A stretch of DNA of 63,833 nucleotides from Rhizaria sp. SCN 62-66 (taxonomy: Eukaryota). This document shows, in pieces, positions 54,701 to 63,833 of the stretch (within the stretch, counting starts at the first letter, position 1; each line of letters opens with the position of its first letter). A program made the position numbers and the translations under genes. The notes under the pieces are model-generated. The model searched no databases. It had not been told where the DNA came from and worked only from the letters and a program-made list of their open reading frames with translations. The stretch spans positions 62,001 through 125,833 of the forward strand of contig MEDY01000026.1 of NCBI GenBank assembly GCA_001724265.1, read 5' to 3'.

Positions 54701-55076
54701 CGATGAAACTGGTCGTCTCGCGCATGAACTGCCACAGCAACCGCAGAGGCGCACACGAAGCGACTGTGAGCGCGTCTTGCCGTGAGTCCAGCGGTGGGAT
54801 CTGCTCGAGGAACGTGTCGGTCATGTAGCCAACGCCGAGTCCAATCTCGGCCCAATCTGTCATGCAACGGCCCTGTGTTGCTGCCACCGCAGCAATTGCT
54901 GCCTCAAACCAGAACAAAGCGCTCGATGACGGGTCATATACAGATGCCGCCGCGGTGACGGCAGCCGGTAAGCTTTGGTGTGCGGAGAGCATCATGTTGA
55001 GGTACGACGCGATGAGGTCCTCGAACGCTGACAGCGATGCGAACCACTCGGCCCGTGTAATACCCTTTATCATCAT
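45741..55076 (-). CDS. Single ~3110-aa protein of unknown function (helical-rich with a central coiled coil) with four in-frame TAG codons (52173-5, 49875-7, 49542-4, 49524-6)
   Basis: Track ORFs 52173-55076, 49875-52160, 49542-49865 and 45741-49514 share one frame (9336 nt = 3112 codons) and are separated only by TAG; terminal stop TGA. Possible extra 5' exon ending at 55169 (gtacgt donor 55168, aag acceptor 55065). Confidence 0.8.
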
Positions 55077-55745
55077 AACAAGGATGCATGGATGTCATTA
55101 AGTGAGTTATCTTGGCGTCTGAGTAAGCTGATATGTTCAAGTCCAAACAATATTACTTGAAGACGTACACGGAATGCAAGACAGATTGACTTAAAGAGAG
55201 GCACTGACTGGCCGAGCGGATGCGTCTGAATCATTGTGACACACTGCAGGCCACAATGTGCACAGAACATGTTACGGCTCAGAGATATCTGAAAACACAT
55301 ACGTGGGTCTTGCGAGAAGCGGTTACACTCAAGCTTAAACATTTTGCTCAATGTTGACGCTTGGACAAAGCCAATCGCGACTTGAAGCCTTGACTCTGAA
55401 TACGTGACTACTTTTCTACGGACTATTCGCGAAGGCGGAGGATACAATATGCGCATTATTTAGTTTAATTTTCTATAAATACAATAATTATTCTAATTTT
55501 AAATTCAAACGGGTAATTCCTGCGATAGGTCGACTTAGAGTTGACCTACATCAACTCGACTTTAGGTAGCCGAAAAGTAGTTGGTTTGTTGTTGTTGATT
55601 TGTATTGGTTTGTAATTTTGTTTGTTTTTAATGGTTTTCGTTTCTGATTTTTGTTTGTTTTTTAAGCGATTTTTTCGTTTCTTTTTAGTTTTGTTGGTTT
55701 CGTTTCTCTTCGTCTTTCTTACAAGCTCTGCTGTCTGTCAAGGCG

Positions 55746-56876
55746 TTACATCTGATAGCCACCGCGGCCGCCGCGCATCCCTCCGCCCATCATACCGCCG
55801 CCGCGCCCGCCTCCGCCCATCATGCCCCCGCCGCGGCCCGCCCCGCCGCCTCCGCGACCGCCGCCACCGCGGCCACCGCGGTAGCCCGAGCCGCCCATCT
55901 TCCCGCCGTAGCCCTGGCCGTGGTAACCGCCGCCGCTGCCGCCGCCCATGCCGCCCATGCCGCCCTGGTGTGGTTGGTAGTACGCGTCGCTGCTCCCGCC
56001 GTACCCGCCCGCGCCACCGGCGCCGCCCGCGTTGCTCCCGTACCCGCCGTGGCTGTGGCCATTGCCGCTGCCGCCGCCGCCGTAGCGCGCCTGCTTGCCC
56101 TTGTACCCCCCGCCGTGGTGTCCACCGTGATGGTTATGGTGATGGTAGGTCGGTTTCCCGATCGCGGCCACCGGCGGCGGGCCCATCAGCGCGCCGAGGT
56201 CCTGCGCGCGGCCCTCTTGCGCAGCCTGCGCAGCGCGCGCCTCTTGCTGCAGCCGCACAGACAGCGGACCCCATTCAAGTGTGTCGCCGTACAGCCCCCC
56301 GGAGAGGGCCTCGGGCGTCAGCATGCCTTCAAGCCCGAGCTTCGCGCCCTTGGCCCCCACGAGCTCCTCGAACGCGGCGTGCAGGCAGCGGGAAACTTCG
56401 CGGTACGTTACGACCATGAGCGTCGTTTCCTGCCGGTTCGCGAGTACGATGTGCTCGTCAGCACCGGCGTCGAGCTTGTTGAGCATATCCGTCAGCAGAC
56501 CAAAGTCGACGTTGGCGGTGCCGTCGCCGTTGACCTGGTGGAACAGGTAGTCGCGGAACAGCTTGAGCAAGTACCGATCGCCGGTCTCGGCCCACTGTGG
56601 GTTCGATTGGAACTCAGGCCGCTCGTTGACATAACCCAGCTTCGCGAGCAGCCGGTTGAGGCGACTTGTGTGCACTTCACGGGCGAGCGCGTGATCCATA
56701 ACGTCGTTCATCATTGCCTGCGCCTGCAGCTCAGTCACGACTCGATCCGTGATCGAGTGCAAGATGCCAGACACGGTCACAGTGGCGACCGCGGTCACCG
56801 CGGGCGGGGCAGAGTTGTTGCCGGCGGAGGAGGATGACGCGTCACCGCTCTGAGCGCCACTGCCGTCACCGTCATC

Positions 56877-56909
<33 letters not shown>

Positions 56910-59812
56910 GGAAGGCGCGCTCGTGACCGAGGCTGAGAGCAGCATGCCTACGAAGTTTACGAGCTCCTTAGAGCACCATGTCGACATGAGCGCCAGCGCG
57001 TTGGCCGCCGACGCGGGCGTTGCCAGACACGCTAGCGACTGCGTCGCCAAACAGAGCAACAGCATACCGAGCGTGCGCACGTCGCCGACCTGCATCGCAA
57101 CCCCGACCTCGGCGGGCAGCCGCGTGACGTCAAGCTGCGTGACTGTGGCCACGTACCCCAGTCCTGCGAGTTTCACGCGGCCAGAGGGAAGGACGAGCAC
57201 GCGCGAGCCCGCAGGGTCGAGCATGCCGAACGCGCTGAGCCCCGCGCCGTGAATATCGCGCAGCGCGCACAGCACCTGCACTGCCAGCGACCACAGGAAC
57301 GTCTCGCTCACGGCCACGCCGCCGGGCAGCATGTGCGGGCACGGCGCGTCGGGTCCGCGCAGCAGCAGCTCGCCCGCCTGCGCCGCCGCCACGCCGCCGG
57401 GGGTCGCCAACGCGGCCACTGCGGGGGCGCCGGGCGTGACCGAGGGCACGGAGGCTTGCGGCGCGGCGAGCCGGTGCGCGAAATAGCGCTGCGCGAGCGT
57501 GATCGCGCCCGGGTGAAAGTCGTAGAGGAAGCACAGCGCGCGCTGGTCGGGGAAGTCGCCCGTGGTGATGATGTTGCGCAGCGCGACGATGTGCGGGTGC
57601 GCGGCCACGGTCATCGGCTCGCTGCGGTGAGTCCGCGCGGTCTGCACGCGCAGCCATGGCCGCAGCAGCTCTTTCGAGTGCCCGATGTGGCGCCGGCAGC
57701 CCGGCACGCGCTTCAGCAGGTAGAACCGGCCTGAGTCGACGCACTGCGCCTTGTACGACAGCGTCGGCATTCCCAGCACGGGCGCGAACGGGACGTTCGG
57801 CGCCAGCGGCGCGGGGAAACACGGCTGCGCGGCGGCCAGCAGCGACCCGCCGGGGCACCGCGGTAGCGGCCAGAGGTGCGTAAACGTCCAGCACCCGGAC
57901 TCGGGCAGCGGGCCGTCGGGGTCAAACAGACTCGGCCCCGGCGCCGCGCCCGCGCTGTACGCCGCCGCGTGGGATAGCGCGGCGCGGACTGAGGGCACTT
58001 CGCCGCCGCGCGGGCCCGCGGTCTGCGGCGGGCCCTGGCCGACCGGGACGACCACACCGGCCGCCGTGGCGTCGGCGAACGACTTGCCGGCTGCTGCGGC
58101 GGCCGCGGCGGCGTGTTCGCGGAGCTGCTCCTCGTCGGCGTCCAAGTCGACGGAACTCACGACCATGGGTGTCTGCTCGAGCGCGCCGCCCGGACCGCGC
58201 ACGTGGCCGCCCGATGCGTTAGACCCCAGCGCCGCCGCGCCAGGAGGCTGTGCGCGCAGCGCCAGGACGGCGAGCCTGTATTCCAGATCAGCGCGGTACG
58301 CCGGGGACATGCCGGCGGGCAGCGGGGGCCGGTTGGGCAGCGCAACCGTGGGCAGCCTGTCCGAGTGTGGCGGAGACGGCACTGTAGCACCGCCACGGCC
58401 GCGCAGAGCCGCGGGCCACTGGCTGCCGCGCGCGCCGCCGGGGCGGGTCGGCGTCGCGGGGAAACGGCCGTTCGCGCCGCCGGTATTAGCTCCGCTGTTG
58501 TTGTTGTTGACCCCGGCCGCGGAAGCGGCGGAAGCGCGAAGGAGTGCGTTCGGGTTGCGCTCGTTGCCGAAGACGTCTGCGCCCGAGTCGCCGTCGTCGT
58601 CGTCGCCGTGTTCGTGGCCGTGCTGCTGAGCGGCGGCGACGGCGTGTGCTCCGTAGAGACTCATTCTCATCGTCAGCGCCTCTGCGAGCCCAGCGCCGGT
58701 GCCGGGGGCCGGGACGTCGTAGTCGTCCTCTTCGTACTCGTGCATGGCGTCGGGGTCGTCTTCGTCGTCGTAATAGTCGTCGTCGTAGTCGCCCTCGCCG
58801 CCCAGACCGTCCTCGTCCTCTGCCTCGTCGTCATAATGCGCGCCAGCGCCGGCGCCAGAGTTGCTGTTAGGGTTATACTGGCCGTAGCCGTTGCTGTTGC
58901 TGCTGTAGCCGCCGTCCCACTGTGCGCCGCCAGCGCCGCCGCGGTACGAGTCCGGCTGCCACTCCGCCGCGGTCGCCGCAGACGCTGACGCGGACGCAGA
59001 GGCAGAGGACGCGGAGGCAGGGATGAACGGCGCAGGCAAACTAGAGCCAGAGCCAGTGCCAGTGCCCGCGGCGGCCGTAGAGCCAGTGCTGGAGCCGGAC
59101 GCGGAGGCCGGTAACGCTCCGGGGTGTGGGATCACAGGCGTGACGCCACCAGTGCCGGTGCTCGTGCCCGCGAGTCCTGCGCTCCCGCCGCTCGCGGCGC
59201 CGCTGATGGCGCCAGGGACGAACGCCGCGCTGCCACGAGAGAGCCCGGCGGCGGCGACTAATGACGCGCCGCCGCTGTTGCCTGTGGGCGTGAATGTGGG
59301 GGTGAACGGGGCCGCGGCAGCCTTGGAGGCGAGCGCGGCGCTGCCTGAGGACGAAGAAGATGAGGTTGGGGCGCTGGGGACGAAAGCGGGCGCGGATACA
59401 AATGCGGGGGAAGACAGCTTCGGGGTAAACGCGGCCGCAGAGAGGGAAATGCCGCCGGGGCCCGGACCGGTACTAGAGCTGGCGCTGGCGCTGGCACTGG
59501 GCGCTGTGCTCGAGAGAGACAGCGAGGACAGCGACGGGGTCGACGTCGCGCCAGTCGGCGCTGAGGGGGTGAAAGAGGCCGCGGCGACGGAGAACTTGCC
59601 TGGAACAAAACCCTTCGCGTTGACAGGCAAGGTACTCTTGCCTGGGGTGTGCGTATAAGCGTGAGGAGGAAAGAGGGGGTCATGGGGGAGATTCATTGGT
59701 TGTGTTCAGGTGAGAGAGAGTTCGGCTTCGAGATGGGTGCATACGGAGTGGCTAAGCAAGCTGTTGCGGAGTGTGAGCACGTACCTGTCGGAGGGTTGGA
59801 CCGGCCGTCCAT
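55746..59812 (-). CDS. PAN3: PAN2-PAN3 deadenylase subunit PAN3; exons 59785-59812, 55746-59641
   Basis: Pseudokinase (YKAQCVDSGRFYLLKRV, HPHIVALR, FLYDFHPGAITL, LWSLAVQVLCALRDIH) and knob domain RLLAKLGYVNERPEF..WAETGDRYLLKLFRDYLFHQV..LNKLDAG; PAM2-like N-terminus. Intron 59642-59784 (gtacgt..cag). Stop TAA. Confidence 0.93.
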
Positions 59813-61387
59813 CCAAGACGCCTGCGATTTAAAGCCAAGAATTGTAGAAGTGTAGGAGACGTGAGCGGGGAACGGGGTGATACGTCGACAGCAAGCATCA
59901 CAGTACAGTCGAGAAGAGGTTAAAAAGGACACAATAAAGGCATAGGAAGATTATAGAGATAACCCACGTAAACTAAAAGAACAATTATAACCGATTAAAT
60001 CCCCGAAATGTGAACCAACGGTGATTAACTGGTGAGGTGCCCATTTGTTTTCCTCGACATTTTGAATCTTATAGGAGCTCACGGTCACCTTTGGCTCGGC
60101 TCAGACACGCGAACACTGCGACTTGAAGTCAAGTAGGTCATATCCGGCCCCGCTGGAGGCATGCGCAAGTCCATTTTGGGGTACACACATATTGTCACGT
60201 GGTCAACGATAAGGGGGGATTATTTTTTGCTTGCTCAGTGCATATCCGAGTTGTAACTAACTACGCGCGCACATGTCGAGCTCGTGACTGACGAGTGGAT
60301 CGTCACAGCATCTTCTTGGGATATTGCTGACATTGCATTATACAACCCAATGCTATACATAAATGCGTTTTGTACATCATATCCGTCGGTTGCAACTTAA
60401 AACAGTATGTATGGCTTATCTCAATGCTGTCGAGTCGTTACAAATCGTGATACGGCTCTACTTGATAAACTTGCGTTTCGTCACTCTATCTGTCCAGTTG
60501 ACTCCTACAGCGGCAATGAGGTAAATAAAATTACTGCTGAACATGACACACAGTTAAGCCTGCAAGAGCGACTGTAACCGTATGTCTCACCAAGCTTTGA
60601 CAACTTGAAGATCAGAAATTGGTCAACACTTTAGGACAGTTATTTTATTTTACACAAAGGTATTTTCGGAGCAGTTCATGGTCATCAATTTAAAAGTCAT
60701 TTTCATTCACATACTCAAATACTCACTTCATTTCACCCTATTTCCATGGATATAAATGTATTTGACGATCCTCACCACAAACACGTTTAAGCCTGATCAG
60801 CCAGGGCGTACTCTGCCTCAACACTGCGCTTTCCCTTAGCAGCCGCGCCCCGCGCAGCCATTCGCACGCTTGGCAGGAGTTTACACTATTCATTATGTCG
60901 TTAGACTGTTATAAATCTGAACGAAGCACCTTGCAACGTAACTCAGCCTCGAAAGTAGAGCTGTCTAAACAGTATTTCAGATGTATAATACACGGTCGTG
61001 GAACATTGACATGATATGTCTCGCAAACTAACTGATTAAGTATAATATCAAGTAACCGCCATTAAAGATAAATGTGCAGCTGCGCTTCAAGTTGTTCTGA
61101 TTCGTAACTCCGATGCAGCACGGCGATTTCGTTCTAACGGTCACCACAGACCCGCTGAGTTAACCATACTTTATCGGTGGAGTTCAGTGGTATTATCGCC
61201 GTCAATAGTGTTTATAGTGAGCTGGCCTTGTTGTACTGTATGTTTATGTTTGGTCTTAATAGTGGTTATCTTATCATCTCTTTATATCTCTTCTGGTACA
61301 CCCACAAGTCTCCGCATCGCGACCTCACCGACTTCGTTGGACCTCTCAAGCAAACTCACCACCGAATAGCGGTAACACAAACCACAA

Positions 61388-62968
61388 ATGGCTTACAACA
61401 ACAACCAAGTCGCGGACTTGACCGCGCAGATGACTTATGCCAACTTTTCTGACTTATTGTGGGCTATTGTCGACTGCGAGGCCTGCAACTCCTTCAGTCC
61501 TACTTGCGGCTGCCGCCACAACTGGGCCGACATCGTCCCCGCACGCTACTTCGCCGCTCTCCAGCAAGACCTGCGCAAGGCCCAGCCGTCCTCCTCGCGC
61601 AGCGCCTCTGTGCCCACGCTGACTATCACCCCTGCGGCGCTGTCCACAGTCTTCGCAGCCTTCTGCGTGCGCGCCACCGACGTTGCTGTGGTAGTCCTCG
61701 GCCAAGAACCCAGTCGCAACGCCGTCGAAGTCACGACTCAGAACCACGGCTCTCGCCGCGGCGCCGCGTCCAAGCACACCGTCGACTACAACAGCGGTTT
61801 TGCCTTTTGCACGAGTCACTCCTCCGCTGTCACAGCTATACCGACGGTGCGCCACTGGGTCGAAGAGCTCTACAACTGTCTCGCGCCCCTCAACAAAGGA
61901 CTCGACACCGACGACAAGTGCACTGAGCTGCTGCGCCGCGTCGACCTCGCGCCCCCCGAGCACCAGCTCTCGTCCCTCGGCCCGTTCCTTGCGCGCCAGG
62001 GCGTTCTGCTGCTCAACTCCGCGCTCACTCTCGCCAACGGCACCTCGTTGTCACACCAGTCCGCATGGCGCAAGTTCGTACGCATGATCCTGGGCTCCGT
62101 CGCCACCGCGCGCCGCGGCCGTGTCGTGTTGGTCACGCTCGGCACCGTTGCCCGCGAGGCCTCCAGCGGCATTGGGGCCAGCTATCTGGCTTCTTTATAC
62201 GCTGGTCATCCGTCACTAGAGAACCGTGATGTGTTAACCGACGGCGCGCCGCATCAGTTCATCGGCTCCAACGTCTTCCGCCGCGCCAACGACGTTCTCA
62301 CGCGGTATAAAGTCGCCACAATTGCGCCCGAGGACGACGTGCGGTGCCGCAACGTGCCCGCGGGGGTCGGCGTCCAGTGGCTACCGCGGCTCTGGCTGCC
62401 GCGGGCCTGGCGCGAGCGGCCGCAGCTGACTTCGGTGAACCTGCCGGCGCGCCGCGCGCGGGAGTTGGAGCCAGAACAGGCCCCGCTTAGCAACGGACAT
62501 GGCGGTAATGGCAACGGTGATGCCATGAACAATGGCAAGAAGGGCAACAACAATAACGGTGGTGGCATCAACGACGATACGGATGACGACAACGACGGTC
62601 ATTACGGGCAGCAGCGGCGCCCGCCGCAGCCGGGAAGCAACCAACGGAAGCGCGGGAAGAAGAAGGATGGCAATAACAATAGTAACCCTGCTTCCCCTGC
62701 TCGCAGTAAGGGTAACAACAACAACAGCAGTCACAGCCAGAACCACAGCAGCGGCGGCGGTCAGAACAACGGAGCTGACGAAAATGAGCCATACGAGGAC
62801 CGTGACCACGAGCTTGCTGCACCGCAGTACACTGCGGAGGACGAGGCGCGCTATGCGGCGTACAAGATCAAGATTGAGAGCATGAACAACAACAGCAACA
62901 ACAACAACAACGGTAACTTCAGCGGCAGCAACAGTTTCAACAGCTCCGGACGCATGGGACCGACGTGA
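61388..62968 (+). CDS. Divergent family-1 uracil-DNA-glycosylase-like protein with an N-terminal Cys motif and Asn/Gly-rich tail
   Basis: VVVLGQEPS (canonical GQDPY), GFAF, ARQGVLLLNSALT, SHQSAWRKF, LVTLG, GHPS, FIGSNVFRRANDVL. Stop TGA. Confidence 0.85.
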   Translation: MAYNNNQVADLTAQMTYANFSDLLWAIVDCEACNSFSPTCGCRHNWADIVPARYFAALQQDLRKAQPSSSRSASVPTLTITPAALSTVFAAFCVRATDVAVVVLGQEPSRNAVEVTTQNHGSRRGAASKHTVDYNSGFAFCTSHSSAVTAIPTVRHWVEELYNCLAPLNKGLDTDDKCTELLRRVDLAPPEHQLSSLGPFLARQGVLLLNSALTLANGTSLSHQSAWRKFVRMILGSVATARRGRVVLVTLGTVAREASSGIGASYLASLYAGHPSLENRDVLTDGAPHQFIGSNVFRRANDVLTRYKVATIAPEDDVRCRNVPAGVGVQWLPRLWLPRAWRERPQLTSVNLPARRARELEPEQAPLSNGHGGNGNGDAMNNGKKGNNNNGGGINDDTDDDNDGHYGQQRRPPQPGSNQRKRGKKKDGNNNSNPASPARSKGNNNNSSHSQNHSSGGGQNNGADENEPYEDRDHELAAPQYTAEDEARYAAYKIKIESMNNNSNNNNNGNFSGSNSFNSSGRMGPT

Positions 62969-63524
62969 GTCTTATTATGACCGAACGAAAAGTTGAGTAA
63001 ACATGCCGGGTGTGATACTGATGATCAGCATTATGTGCTTAGATGGAGTTCTTCACACAGTAAGGAATGCTTGTCGCGTTGCACTAGCTGACACAGCGGT
63101 ATTTATATAGAAGTGAATACAGGGCCAGCGATTGAATTGTCAAATTTTTTCTGGATACGTCGGCGATATGCACTATACTGCAACTTTTTATCTCATGCCC
63201 AATCCATTTACGGCTATGTTGTGATCTCTTTCTGTGTTACATGTACTCTTCATAGAAACCACAGTCGCTTGTCCCCAATCGGACGACGATCCATCAAATT
63301 GGGGAGACTTTTGTATGCATGCTTCCTGATGTATCTAGATCGTTAATCTGGCTGCACTTGGTGGTTCAATATAAAATGCGATGTTTAATGCATTTTCTAT
63401 TTATAACTCTCCTTAAAACACCTTTATTTAACACGCATATCATCTCACCTCCGACTCTCCAACAGCTCACCCTGCTCTTCCACTGTAAGCCTTGAAAAAC
63501 AACTACAACGGTGCTACATTAGAC

Positions 63525-63833
63525 ATGTCTCGTATCAAGGTAGATCCGCGCGCATATGGCTTTGGAGCGCACTATGTGCATGGGGAAAACCTGCGATATG
63601 AACGTTTTTTCCTTGATTGTAAGTCGATTCAACCTTGCTCCGACTGCTGCTCCACAGAGCCAACTTGTCCGTGCAGGCCGAACTGGCCAGACGTGCTGCC
63701 CAAACACTACTTTGACAACCTCCACCACAGCACTAAGTGGAGCCGCACTAAAGACGGTGCGGAGCTCACGCAAAGCATGACACCGTTTCAAAGCATGTGC
63801 GTGTACAAAGCGTTCTGCGTGCGGCTCTGCGAC
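63525..63833 (+). CDS. Second UNG-like paralog, 5' part (truncated by window end)
   Basis: Absent from the ORF track. MSRIKVDPRAYG..PCSDCCSTEPTCPCRPNWPDVLPKHYF..VYKAFCVRLCD aligns with DCEACNSFSPTCGCRHNWADIVPARYF..VFAAFCVRATD of the upstream gene, ending just before the GQxP motif. Confidence 0.8.
   Translation, partial: MSRIKVDPRAYGFGAHYVHGENLRYERFFLDCKSIQPCSDCCSTEPTCPCRPNWPDVLPKHYFDNLHHSTKWSRTKDGAELTQSMTPFQSMCVYKAFCVRLCD

Noticed and set aside
45741-55076. Four separate tandem genes, or a pseudogene
   Set aside because: All pieces share one frame with gaps of only 9-27 nt, have no UTR-like DNA between them, no frameshifts, and only TAG interruptions.
55526-55557. Overlapping short hairpins (taggtcgact/agttgaccta; gagttga/tcaactc)
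   Set aside because: Too short to distinguish from chance, and no second copy was seen.
59813-61387. Search for a tRNA(CUA), ncRNA or hidden TAG-containing gene in the longer intergenic regions (also 4436-6025 and 32725-33536)
   Set aside because: No cloverleaf, A/B boxes or coding-like frame recognised by eye; tRNAscan-SE/Infernal would be needed.
63519-63833. Open minus-strand frame at the window end
   Set aside because: The + strand frame from 63525 shows clear paralogy to the UNG-like gene.

Overview
Gene-dense eukaryotic (protist-like) nuclear DNA with GC-rich exons, AT-rich intergenic DNA and ~100-260 nt GT-AG introns with a strict GTACG(Y) donor. It holds about 14 genes: RPA1 (partial), BUB3, mitoribosomal uL15m, a membrane-anchored 5'-nucleotidase, a KATPDP-repeat protein, a ~2000-aa low-complexity protein, a NEK-type kinase, a GNAT acetyltransferase, an R3H-DExH helicase, a giant type-II PI4K-like protein, a ~3100-aa unknown protein, PAN3, and two tandem divergent uracil-DNA-glycosylase-like genes. 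Main discovery: TAG appears to be a sense codon (most likely Gln) while TAA and TGA remain stops. Six in-frame TAGs interrupt otherwise continuous coding frames in three unrelated genes, and under this reading all 12 complete genes end in TGA (7) or TAA (5). Second highlight: tandem UNG-like paralogs sharing a C-x2-C-x6-C-x-C module, the complete one having a remodelled pocket (GQDPY->GQEPS). All calls come from manual reading and motif recognition; no searches were run.
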